A stretch of 64,000 nt of DNA from contig CAYJLV010000022.1 in the NCBI GenBank assembly GCA_964371405.1, forward strand, positions 1,227 through 65,226. Direction: 5' to 3'. The notes under the pieces are model-generated. The model saw nothing but the letters and a program-made list of their open reading frames with translations, was not told the origin of the DNA and did not search any database. Position 1 is the first letter of the stretch; the number at the start of each line of letters is the position of its first letter. This stretch comes from an uncultured Burkholderiaceae bacterium (GTDB lineage Bacteria > Pseudomonadota > Gammaproteobacteria > Burkholderiales > Burkholderiaceae_C). The position numbers and the translations under genes were made by a program. Positions 1-14,008 of this stretch are shown in pieces.

Positions 1-4
1 GTTT

Positions 5-442
5 GTGCTTGTAATGAGCGCATCGACCGCAACGGGCCAAGGAGGAGCGCATCCTGAGATTGTTGTGAACTATGGGGTGACAAGTGCCGAAGGAATCACC
101 AATTCGGATATGAATCTTGCGCTCTTGAGACGGATTGAGGCCAGAAGTCTAGTTGAGATGAAGGAGAAGGTTGGTGCCCAAGCGCGAGCAGCTGGTGTCT
201 TGCCAACGGAAGTCCCTGCGTTGAAGTCAGACGCAAGCCTCATGAACTATCATAAAACCACGTTGGCCATTATTCGGATACGTAGCGCAGCGACACTGAA
301 CACCGTCTTAGTGCTTGGTGTTGTGGGTGATGAGTTACGCAGGGTCGCATGTTCGCGAACAGCGCATTTCGATGCGAACATTGAACTCTTCTCGGGTCCA
401 TGTGGGGATGCAGTGCGTTTGATGTTCGGTGTGAAACGCTAG
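5..442 (+). CDS. hypothetical protein, probably 5'-partial (frame stays open to the left window edge)
   Basis: ORF with GTG at nt 5; the same frame is open back to nt 2. It is richer in A/T than the rest of the window (27 G+C in nt 61-120). No family recognised. Confidence 0.4.
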   Translation: MLVMSASTATGQGGAHPEIVVNYGVTSAEGITNSDMNLALLRRIEARSLVEMKEKVGAQARAAGVLPTEVPALKSDASLMNYHKTTLAIIRIRSAATLNTVLVLGVVGDELRRVACSRTAHFDANIELFSGPCGDAVRLMFGVKR

Positions 443-468
443 AGGCGCAGGGGCAATGTCGCAGAAGG

Positions 469-564
469 CTCGGCTCGCTGGTCGGCAAGGCGATGGCCGC
501 GTCGAAGGGCAAGGCCAACCCCGCGCAGGTCAACACGATCCTGAAGCGCAAGCTCGGCGGCTGA
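469..564 (+). pseudogene. C-terminal fragment of a GatB/YqeY-domain protein gene
   Basis: nt 469-564 translate to LGSLVGKAMAASKGKANPAQVNTILKRKLGG*. This resembles the conserved tail of YqeY-type proteins (recalled B. subtilis YqeY end: [30 protein letters not shown]). There is no start codon and no homology upstream of about nt 468. Confidence 0.5.
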
Positions 565-592
565 ACTGCCGCCGCGGCGCGCGGACCGCGCG

Positions 593-1009
593 CTACTTGC
601 CCATCCCGACCCCCAGCACGACGAACAGCGCACCCACGCCCAGCGCCGCGATCGGAAAGCCCCACATGCGCATGGGCGTCGCGATCTCGGCGCTGCCTTC
701 CGGGTCGACCGGCAGGTAGCGCACCGGCACCGTCGTGCCTTCGGCGATCTTCTCCCGCTCGCCGAGCGACGACGTGAACTTCATCTTCCTGCCCTCGTGC
801 GCGAACTCGACGATCGGCGCGTAGAGCGTCGTGAATTTCGTCGATCCGCCGCTTCTCGACGACGTCGACATGCTCTCCGACTGGCCGACGACCTTGCCCT
901 GCGCACTCCTGCCGAAATAGACGGTGCGCAGGCGCTGGATCGCCATCATGCACCCCGCGAGGAGCGCGAGCCCGCCGACGGACAGCATCACGATCTGCAT
1001 GGTGCTCAT
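593..1009 (-). CDS. DUF3592-like membrane protein
   Basis: Start set at ATG 1009 (MSTMQIV...), with GGAGG a few nt upstream. It has an N-terminal and a C-terminal TM helix around a soluble core, as in DUF3592 proteins. Confidence 0.6.
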   Translation of the reverse strand: MSTMQIVMLSVGGLALLAGCMMAIQRLRTVYFGRSAQGKVVGQSESMSTSSRSGGSTKFTTLYAPIVEFAHEGRKMKFTSSLGEREKIAEGTTVPVRYLPVDPEGSAEIATPMRMWGFPIAALGVGALFVVLGVGMGK

Positions 1010-1138
1010 GGGGCCTCCCCGTTCGTTCGCCGCGCCGCCGCGATTGGCGGCGCGAGCAACGGAAAGCATGCTCGGGGGACACGGGAGCCGCAACGCGAAT
1101 GTTCGCGCGGGCCCCTCGTCTGGCGAGGCGATGCCGCG

Positions 1139-1621
1139 TCAGGACAGCAGCAGTGCCGCGACGAACATCCCCAGCATCGCGAACACGATCGCGACCTTGA
1201 GCGCGGTGCCGATCACGATGCCGAGCCAGGTGGAGAGCCCGACCTTGCCGGCTCGCAGCATGTCGCGCTCCGCGAGGTACTCGCCGATCGCCGCGCCGGC
1301 GAGCGGCAGGAACAGCAGGCCCACGAGCCCCGTGAAGATGCCGGCAACCGTGCCGATCGCCGCGCCGGCCACGGCCCAGGGGCTCGCCCCCACGCGCCTC
1401 GCGCCGACCGCGGCGGCGGCGAAGTCGACCACCCACGTCAGCGCGGCGAGGACGCCCGCGACGACGACGATCCACACCGGGATCTGCACGAAGTCGCCGA
1501 TCCACGCCGCGAGCGCGATGCCCGCGAACACGAGCGTGCTGCCGGGGATCGCCGGGAGCACGGTGCCCACGACGCCGACGACGATCAGCACGACGGCGAG
1601 CACCCACAGGAAGATCGTCAT
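1139..1621 (-). CDS. DUF456 family inner-membrane protein
   Basis: 160 aa and very hydrophobic. The motifs GTVLPAIPGSTLVFAG and GARRVGAS are typical of DUF456. Confidence 0.65.
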   Translation of the reverse strand: MTIFLWVLAVVLIVVGVVGTVLPAIPGSTLVFAGIALAAWIGDFVQIPVWIVVVAGVLAALTWVVDFAAAAVGARRVGASPWAVAGAAIGTVAGIFTGLVGLLFLPLAGAAIGEYLAERDMLRAGKVGLSTWLGIVIGTALKVAIVFAMLGMFVAALLLS

Positions 1622-1798
1622 GCCGCGATTCTCGGGCCAGAAAGGGTCGGGCGCAACGCGGGGCGCGCCGCCGTGTACACCTTCCGGGCCGCGTAGGCGT
1701 TGATGGCGTGCGTGCCGCCGGCACGCGCCGTCGGGTCGCGCCCACCCGGCCCCTCACGACGGACGAATCGCTGCACACCACCCCGCCAGGACGCCACG

Positions 1799-1969
1799 AT
1801 GAAACGAACCCTACTCGCCTCCGCCGCGCTCGCGGCGCTCGTCACGCTGTCCGGATGCGCCACGGTCGCCGGCACGATGATCGGGACGGGCGTCGGCACG
1901 CTCGTCGGAGCGCCGTTCTCGGGAGCGATGATCGGCGGCGGCATCGGGGTGCTGGTCGACTCCCGCTAG
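1799..1969 (+). CDS. small glycine-zipper lipoprotein
   Basis: MKRTLLASAALAALVTLSGC is a lipobox signal peptide, followed by a Gly-rich stretch (GTMIGTGVGTLVGAPFSGAMIGGGIG). Start set at ATG 1799 within ORF 1700-1969. Confidence 0.6.
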   Translation: MKRTLLASAALAALVTLSGCATVAGTMIGTGVGTLVGAPFSGAMIGGGIGVLVDSR

Positions 1970-1983
1970 CGCGGCGGTCGTCC

Positions 1984-2095
1984 TGTGGGTCGGCCTTCAG
2001 GCCGACGCCTTTCCTTCGATGCAGCAGGACCCGTCGGGCTGAAGCCCTCTTTCTCTCCCCACCACAGAACCCGACGGGCTGAGGCCCGACCTTCG
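1984..2095. repeat. cluster of three REP-like palindromic units
   Basis: The units are ctgtgggtcggccttcaggccgac (stem gtcggcc/ggccgac at 1989-2006), ccgtcgggctgaagccc and cccgacgggctgaggcccgac. They lie between convergent genes. Confidence 0.5.
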
Positions 2096-2114
2096 TGCGC
2101 TCGCCCGGCGCGCG

Positions 2115-2957
2115 TCAGAACCGCCCGGCCTGGTAGTCCTCGAACGCGGCGACGAGCTCGTCGCGCGTGTTCATCACGAACGGCCCGTGCCACGCGACCG
2201 GCTCGCCGATCGGCTTGCCGGCAATGACGAGCACGCGCGCGGTCCCGCCCTTCGCGGTGAAGTGCACCGCGTCACCCGATCCGAGCTCCGCCAGCCCGAG
2301 CGCGCCGACGTCGCTACCATCCGGAAACGTGATCGTGCCTGCATGCACGACGACGAATCCCGCGAACTCGGTGCCCAGCGGTTCCTCGAACGTCGCGCCG
2401 TCGGGCAGTGTCAGGTCGAAGTAGCGCGCGGCAGTCGGATCGACCGTCACCGGCCCCTTCGTGCCGCGCGAGGTCGCGCCCGCGATCACCTTGACCTCGA
2501 CGCCGCCGTCGCGCGTCTCGACCGGCATCGACGCCGCGGGATGCTCCTGGTACGCGGGCGCCTGCATCTTGAGCTTCGCGGGCAGGTTGACCCAGAGCTG
2601 GAAGCCGCGCATCAGCCCCGACGTCTGCTCGGGCATCTCGGAATGCACGATGCCGCGGCCAGCGGTCATCCACTGGACGCCGCCGGTCTCGATCACCCCT
2701 TCGTGGCCGTGGTTGTCCTTGTGGCGCATGCGCCCGTTCAACATGTAGGTGACGGTCTCGAAGCCGCGGTGCGGGTGCGGCGGGAAGCCGGCGAGGTAGT
2801 CGCTCGCGTCCGGGCTGTCGAAGTAGTCGAGCATCAGGAACGGGTCGACCGAGGGCATCGTCGGGTCGCCGCCCATCAGCCGTGTCAGACGGACGCCGGC
2901 GCCGTCGGAGGTCGGGACGCCGCGGGAGACGCGGGTGGGGAGTCGAGGGGTCGTCAT
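2115..2957 (-). CDS. pirin family protein (quercetin 2,3-dioxygenase-like bicupin)
   Basis: Contains GFPPHPHRGFETVTYML...HKDNHGHEG and the C-terminal HGPFVMNT motif. Start set at ATG 2957 (MTTPRL). Confidence 0.9.
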   Translation of the reverse strand: MTTPRLPTRVSRGVPTSDGAGVRLTRLMGGDPTMPSVDPFLMLDYFDSPDASDYLAGFPPHPHRGFETVTYMLNGRMRHKDNHGHEGVIETGGVQWMTAGRGIVHSEMPEQTSGLMRGFQLWVNLPAKLKMQAPAYQEHPAASMPVETRDGGVEVKVIAGATSRGTKGPVTVDPTAARYFDLTLPDGATFEEPLGTEFAGFVVVHAGTITFPDGSDVGALGLAELGSGDAVHFTAKGGTARVLVIAGKPIGEPVAWHGPFVMNTRDELVAAFEDYQAGRF

Positions 2958-2996
2958 GATCGATCGGAGATGGGGACATCGCCGCGGCGGCGCAAG

Positions 2997-3030
2997 AGAC
3001 CCGTAGGTCGGCCCGAAGGCCAACCCACAG
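2997..3030. repeat. REP-like palindromic unit, inverted relative to the 1984 copy
   Basis: The reverse complement of gtaggtcggcccgaaggccaacccacag reads ctgtgggttggccttcgggccgacctac. This nearly matches the unit at 1984-2008. Confidence 0.5.
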
Positions 3031-3034
3031 TCGG

Positions 3035-4702
<1,668 letters not shown>

Positions 4703-4886
4703 GTCAGGGGTCTCGGGTGAACGAAGGGCGCCGGGGCGCCGCAGGCTGGCGGCACGGGTCGATCGCCGTGCCGGATCCTGGCGACGCGGGCGCGCCGCGC
4801 GGCAGGTCGAAACCGCGATTATCCCGGACGGCGCGCGCCGGCGCTCGCGCCAGGCAGGCGCGGATCGCGGCCAGCATCGCAGATGA

Positions 4887-5291
4887 TCAGGTCGGGCCGC
4901 CCGGCGCAAGGCCCGGCCGCAGCGCGGCCGGCAGCCAGGGCCGGATCGCGGCGGCGAGTTGCTGCGGCTCGATCGGCTTGGACAGGTAGCCGTCGAAGCC
5001 GCTGGCCAGCAGGCGCTCGCGGTCACCGGCCATCGCCAGCGCCGTCACCGCGATGACGGGAACGTCGCGCAGCGCCGGGTCTTGCTTGAGCACGCGCACG
5101 ACGTCGAAGCCGTCGAGGCCGGGCATCTGCACGTCGCACAGGACCAGGTCGGGGCGCTCGCGCCGCGCCGCCTCGATGCCCGCTGCGCCGTCGGCGGCGA
5201 CTTCCGTCGTGCAGCCGAACGACTGCAGCGCATACGTCATCAGTTCGCGGCCGATGTCGTTGTCCTCGATGACGAGTACGCGCGGCGTCAT
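4887..5291 (-). CDS. single-domain CheY-like response regulator
   Basis: Receiver-domain motifs: VLVIEDN, DLVLCDVQMPGLDG, and K in SKP. ATG 5291 overlaps the kinase stop (ATGA). Confidence 0.85.
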   Translation of the reverse strand: MTPRVLVIEDNDIGRELMTYALQSFGCTTEVAADGAAGIEAARRERPDLVLCDVQMPGLDGFDVVRVLKQDPALRDVPVIAVTALAMAGDRERLLASGFDGYLSKPIEPQQLAAAIRPWLPAALRPGLAPGGPT

Positions 5292-6772
5292 GGCGCGGGC
5301 GGGTCGAACACCATCTCGAAACGGCTGCCGCGCCCGGGCTCGCTGCGCATCTCGATGCGCCCGCCGAGCATCTCGACGAGCATGCGGCACAGGTACAGGC
5401 CCAGCCCCGTGCCCTCGACGCGATGGCGCACGGCGCCGCCGACCTGCGTGAAGGCCTGGAACAGCCGGGCCTGGTCCTCGGGCGCGATGCCGACGCCGGT
5501 GTCGGCGACGGCCAGCCGCACCGTGCGGCCGCCGCCGGCCGCCGGTGCGCTGGAGAGTTCGATCTCGACGCTGCCGCGCTCGGTGAACTTGATCGCGTTG
5601 TTGGTCAGGTTGATCAGGATCTGCTGCAGCGCGCGGCGGTCGCTCTGCACAACGAGGCTCTCGGCGGGCAACTTCACTTCGAGGCGCAGGCCCTTGGCTT
5701 GCGCGGCCGGGCGCAACGTCGTCGCGACCTCTTCCACGACGGAGCGGCAGTCCAGCGTCTCGAGATGGAGCTGCACGTTGCCCGACTCGATCTTGGCCAC
5801 GTCGAGCAGGTCGTTGATGAGCGACAGCAGGTGCCGCGCGCTCGACTGCACCATGCCGAGCTGCTTTTCCTGGTCGGCCGTCAGCGGGCCGGGCAGCTTC
5901 ATCAGCAGCAGTCCGGTAAAGCCGATGACGGCGTTGAGCGGCGTGCGCAGCTCATGGCTCATCGTCGCGAGGAAGCGGTCCTTGGCCTTGCTGGCCCGTT
6001 CCAGCTCGACATTCTTCTCGTGCAGCGCGCGCTCGGCGCCGCGCCGCTGCGTGATGTCGCGGATCACGCTCATGCCGAGCCGGCCGATGTCGGTCTCCAG
6101 CGGGCTCAGGCTGATCTCGACCGGGAACTCGCCGCCGTCCTTGCGCTGGCCGTACAACTCCAGGCCTGCGCCCATCGGGCGCATGCGCGACTGCTCGAAA
6201 TAGCGTCCGCGGTGGCCGAGGTGGGCCTGCCGGTAGCGCTGCGGAATCAGCGCCTCGATCAGCTCGCCGATCAGTTCGTCGCGCTCGTAGCCGAACATCG
6301 TCTCGGCCTGGCCGTTGACGACGATGATGCGGCCGATGTCGTTGACGACGACGATGGCGTCGGGCATCGATTCGAGCAGGTCGCGGTAGCGACCTTCGAT
6401 GGCGCGGGCGTCGCGGCGGACCTTGAGCCGCGTGATGTCGGTCAGGCAGTGGACGACGCCTTCGAAGCCGTCGTCGTCGCGCACGCTGCGCACCGCGGCA
6501 CCGACGTGGATCAGCGTGCCGTCGTCGCGCCGGCGCACGCCCTCGATCGAACGCTCGCCGAGCGCACCGACGGTCACCACGGTGTCGGCCACGGCGCCGG
6601 GCGCACCGATCAGCTCGGCCAAGGGCCGGCCGGCCGCCTGTTGCGCCTTGTAGCCGAACATCGCCTCGGCGCCGCCGCTCCAGCCGACGATCTCGCCGTC
6701 CGGCCAGGTGACGACGACAGCGCCCGGCCCGCGATCGATCAGTCGCGCCAACCGAATGTCATCACGATGCAT
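5288..6772 (-). CDS. PAS-PAS sensor histidine kinase
   Basis: Two PAS-like segments, the H-box SHELRTPLNAV, and the N/G boxes NLTNNAIKFT and GTGLGL. Confidence 0.9.
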   Translation of the reverse strand: MHRDDIRLARLIDRGPGAVVVTWPDGEIVGWSGGAEAMFGYKAQQAAGRPLAELIGAPGAVADTVVTVGALGERSIEGVRRRDDGTLIHVGAAVRSVRDDDGFEGVVHCLTDITRLKVRRDARAIEGRYRDLLESMPDAIVVVNDIGRIIVVNGQAETMFGYERDELIGELIEALIPQRYRQAHLGHRGRYFEQSRMRPMGAGLELYGQRKDGGEFPVEISLSPLETDIGRLGMSVIRDITQRRGAERALHEKNVELERASKAKDRFLATMSHELRTPLNAVIGFTGLLLMKLPGPLTADQEKQLGMVQSSARHLLSLINDLLDVAKIESGNVQLHLETLDCRSVVEEVATTLRPAAQAKGLRLEVKLPAESLVVQSDRRALQQILINLTNNAIKFTERGSVEIELSSAPAAGGGRTVRLAVADTGVGIAPEDQARLFQAFTQVGGAVRHRVEGTGLGLYLCRMLVEMLGGRIEMRSEPGRGSRFEMVFDPPAP

Positions 6773-7022
6773 GGCGTCAGGGTAGCGGGCTGCCCGGGAT
6801 CATGCAGTAGCCGCTGCGGCGGCGGGGCCTTCGCGAACCCCCGGCAGCGATGCGAAGCGCCATGCGCTGATAGAATCCGCGGCACGCAGCGTCGAAACCA
6901 GTCTCTTTGCTGCCTGTCACCCCCGACACGCGCGCCGCCTCCGGCGCGACGCCCCCCACGATAGCCCCGCGACTGGCGCTGCACGCTGAAGTGAGCGACG
7001 GGCTGTCCATCGATCGCTCCAC

Positions 7023-8336
<1,314 letters not shown>

Positions 8337-8358
8337 CTGCGGCGCGACTGCGCCGCAG
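8337..8358 (+). terminator. stem-loop immediately after the rhlE stop
   Basis: ctgcggcgc-gact-gcgccgcag forms a perfect 9-bp GC-rich stem. No clear T-tract follows. Confidence 0.4.
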
Positions 8359-8424
8359 TGTCGCTGCCGGTCTCGCGAGAGGAGCCCGGCCCCAGGCTCA
8401 TACCTCGTTGGACAAGACCGGCGG

Positions 8425-8454
8425 TTGACAGCAGACACCCTCTGCGCGTTGAAT
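8425..8454 (+). promoter_or_regulatory. possible sigma-70 promoter for the 8562 ORF
   Basis: TTGACA (8425-8430), an 18-nt spacer, then TTGAAT (8449-8454), inside a locally A/T-richer intergenic stretch. The -10 is weak. Confidence 0.3.
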
Positions 8455-8561
8455 AGCCCATTTGTGACAATTGCAGACCGCAGCTTGCAAGCGGTCGCGA
8501 TCCGTACCACCGCGCCGCGCGCGCGGGAGTATCTTGGAGTCGCACTGGAGGGATCACGCCG

Positions 8562-9068
8562 ATGAACCTGAACTGGCGTACCGCTTGGCAGGGCCACGAC
8601 ATCGTCGTCTACCGTGACGACGATGTCGTGGATCGCGTGCATGCACCCGACATCCGGCGCGTCGTCCTCGTCTACCGCAACGCGGGCGACACGCCCGGCG
8701 ACCTTGCCTTCGCCCTCGTCGAACTCACCGACGAACACGTGCTCTTCCCGCCCGAAACGGGCTTCGCCGGCCGCGTCCATTTCGAGCGCCTCGCGTTCTG
8801 GGCCGAACGCTCCTGCGTCTACTGGGTGAGCGAGAGCAAGGCGGCGCTGCCGGCGCGCTTCCGGCCGGGGTTGTGGCTGCTGCGGCGCACACAGCCGCAG
8901 TTCGCGCGCCTGCCGCGCGCCGAGCTGGCCGACACCGTCAACCGCTGGCCGCTCGAAGGGCCGCAGAGCTGGGAAGAGCGCAAGGAGCGCCGCGTCCAGC
9001 GCAGCCTGCCGTTCGCCGACCTGGCGCTGCCGCCGCCCGACTACAGCAACCGGCGCCGCCGCGCTTGA
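8562..9068 (+). CDS. hypothetical protein
   Basis: 168-aa ORF with plausible composition and GGAGGG about 8 nt upstream. No family recognised. Confidence 0.5.
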   Translation: MNLNWRTAWQGHDIVVYRDDDVVDRVHAPDIRRVVLVYRNAGDTPGDLAFALVELTDEHVLFPPETGFAGRVHFERLAFWAERSCVYWVSESKAALPARFRPGLWLLRRTQPQFARLPRAELADTVNRWPLEGPQSWEERKERRVQRSLPFADLALPPPDYSNRRRRA

Positions 9069-9079
9069 TCGGTCGGTGA

Positions 9080-9102
9080 GGCGCGGGCCGCCGACCCGCG
9101 CC
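9080..9102. terminator. stem-loop between convergent genes (possible bidirectional terminator)
   Basis: ggcgcggg-ccgccga-cccgcgcc forms an 8-bp GC stem. It lies between stop 9068 (+) and stop 9108 (-). Confidence 0.4.
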
Positions 9103-9107
9103 GCGGC

Positions 9108-9959
9108 TCACTCGAAGCGCCCGGCGCGCAACCACTTCGTCGCGACCCACTTCTCGCCGGCGCCGACCGGCGCGCCGCCGTGCAGCGTGCGCGTCATCGG
9201 GTGCGGGCGGTCGTAGGCGAAGAACACGGCGTTTCCCTTTACGGGTGCGACGTCGAGACCGACGTCGGGGAATGTGGTGGCCCCGCCCTGCGCCGGCGTG
9301 TTGAGGTAGCACACGAGCGAGCCCACGCGCTGGCCGCCACGCGCGAGGATGGCGGGCGTGCCGGGCGCTGCCGGATCGAAGTAGTCGTAGTGCGGCTTGT
9401 ATTCGGCGCCGCGCCCGTAGCGCAGGATCTGCAGGCCTTCGCCGTTCTCGACCGGCCAGTTCAGCAGCGCCGCGATGCGCGCCTCGATGCGCTCGCACAG
9501 TACGGTCTCGGTGCGGCGGAAGAACATGCCCTCGCTGGTGCGCGCCGCGTTGGTCTCGCTGCCGCCGCTGCGCATGTCGACCGTCTCGGAACGCGCCAGC
9601 CGCTCGCGCGCAAGAGCGACCAGCGCGTCGCACTCGTCGCCCGCGAGCAGCCCGCCGAAGACGATGATGCGCGGATGACGCAGCGTCATCAGCACCTGCA
9701 CGTCGCGGTCGTGCGCGCGCAGCGTCGAGGGCGCATCGGCCAGGTCGGGCCCGGGCACCGGCGACAACGGCGGCAGGTCATGGGCGCGCGCATGCTCGTC
9801 GAGCCAGGTCTGCAGCGTGGTCTCCAGCGCGGCGGCGGCGACTTCGTCGTCCCAGCCGCTGTCGCGCATCGACTGCAGCACAGCCTGCGGCGGATGGCCC
9901 GCCCGTGCCTGCGCGACGATCCACTGCTGCAACTCGGGCGTGACCCGCTGAGAAGTCAT
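9108..9959 (-). CDS. 2OG-Fe(II) oxygenase, prolyl 4-hydroxylase-like
   Basis: HYD...H iron triad context (KPHYDYF ... TLHGGAPV) and the P4H-like C-terminus KWVATKWLR. Start set at ATG 9959. Confidence 0.85.
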   Translation of the reverse strand: MTSQRVTPELQQWIVAQARAGHPPQAVLQSMRDSGWDDEVAAAALETTLQTWLDEHARAHDLPPLSPVPGPDLADAPSTLRAHDRDVQVLMTLRHPRIIVFGGLLAGDECDALVALARERLARSETVDMRSGGSETNAARTSEGMFFRRTETVLCERIEARIAALLNWPVENGEGLQILRYGRGAEYKPHYDYFDPAAPGTPAILARGGQRVGSLVCYLNTPAQGGATTFPDVGLDVAPVKGNAVFFAYDRPHPMTRTLHGGAPVGAGEKWVATKWLRAGRFE

Positions 9960-10109
9960 ACGGCGATTCTGCCAAAGCGCCTGCTGCGGGCAGCATCCGA
10001 CGCCCCTGTAACAGGGGCCCGCCGTCATGCCGCAGCGTGCAATAGGTCCACGGCAAGCCGCGGCCGTTTCGCCAGAATCGTCACTTCCCCCTTCCCTTTG
10101 CTACTCGCC

Positions 10110-10823
10110 ATGCGCAACAGCCGTACCGCCACCTGGCTCGCCCAACTCCTGGCAGGCTTCGCACTGATCGGCGGCGGAGTGCAGGTGGCATGGGTCTTCT
10201 GGCCGAGCTCGACGACGGTTGCGGCGAGCAGCCTGGGCGCGGCGGCGCTCGGGCTGGCGCTCGTCGTCTGGGCGGAGTCGCGCGAGCGCTCGCGCCGGCT
10301 GTTACGCGGCGCGCAGCGCTCGCTGCAGTTGCCCGCGGAATGGAGCGTCGAGCTCGATCTGCCGCTGCCCGAAGGCGGCGGCACGGCGCCGATCGCCATC
10401 ACGCGCAGCGATCGCGCCTGCTTCGTCGTCGGCGTTCGGCCCTGGCGGCAGGTCAGCCTGCGCAAGGAGATCACCGGCCGCGAGCAGGCGCTGCTCGGAC
10501 CCAACGGCAAGGAGCTCGCGCCCGCGCAGCTCGCCGACCTGACGCGCGCCGCGACGGCGCTCGGTGCGCAGGCCGTGCTGTGGCTGCCGCACGCGCGCGA
10601 GCCGCGCAGCCTGCGTCCTGCGGCCCGCAACCTGATCGTCGTGATGGGATCGGCGCGCCACCTCAAGCATGCGCTGCTCGGCGCCGAGGTGGCCGGGCCG
10701 CGCACCGCGCCCGTGCCCGCGCCCGAAACGACGCCCGCGCCGGCGGTGCAGCGGCCCGCCTCGGCCGGTCGAGGCAGGGTTGCCGCCACAGCGCCGAATG
10801 CGGCAGTGACCGCAGGCCGCTGA
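10110..10823 (+). CDS. hypothetical membrane protein with a possible degenerate NERD-like domain
   Basis: ATG 10110 lies within ORF 9180-10823. Two N-terminal TM helices. The segment LPLPEGGGTAPIAITRSDRACFVVGVRPWRQV has a NERD-like layout but lacks the acidic and Lys catalytic residues. Confidence 0.55.
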   Translation: MRNSRTATWLAQLLAGFALIGGGVQVAWVFWPSSTTVAASSLGAAALGLALVVWAESRERSRRLLRGAQRSLQLPAEWSVELDLPLPEGGGTAPIAITRSDRACFVVGVRPWRQVSLRKEITGREQALLGPNGKELAPAQLADLTRAATALGAQAVLWLPHAREPRSLRPAARNLIVVMGSARHLKHALLGAEVAGPRTAPVPAPETTPAPAVQRPASAGRGRVAATAPNAAVTAGR

Positions 10824-10832
10824 CGCGCATAT

Positions 10833-13970
<3,138 letters not shown>

Positions 13971-14008
13971 GGCGGATCACTGCAACGCTTCGAGGGCGCC
14001 GACGGGTT

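Noticed and set aside
270-1781. 503-aa minus-strand ORF, and many similar long ORFs (for example 6777-8780, 10663-12534, 12769-14346, 13977-15563, 15940-17715, 16353-18434, 23781-25784, 28679-30358, 30391-33444, 61508-63658 and 61551-63728).
   Set aside because: Their translations are Arg/Ala/Pro/Gly-rich and low in complexity. They run antisense or out of frame across genes with clear family signatures. Stop-free alternative frames of this kind are typical artefacts of very GC-rich DNA.
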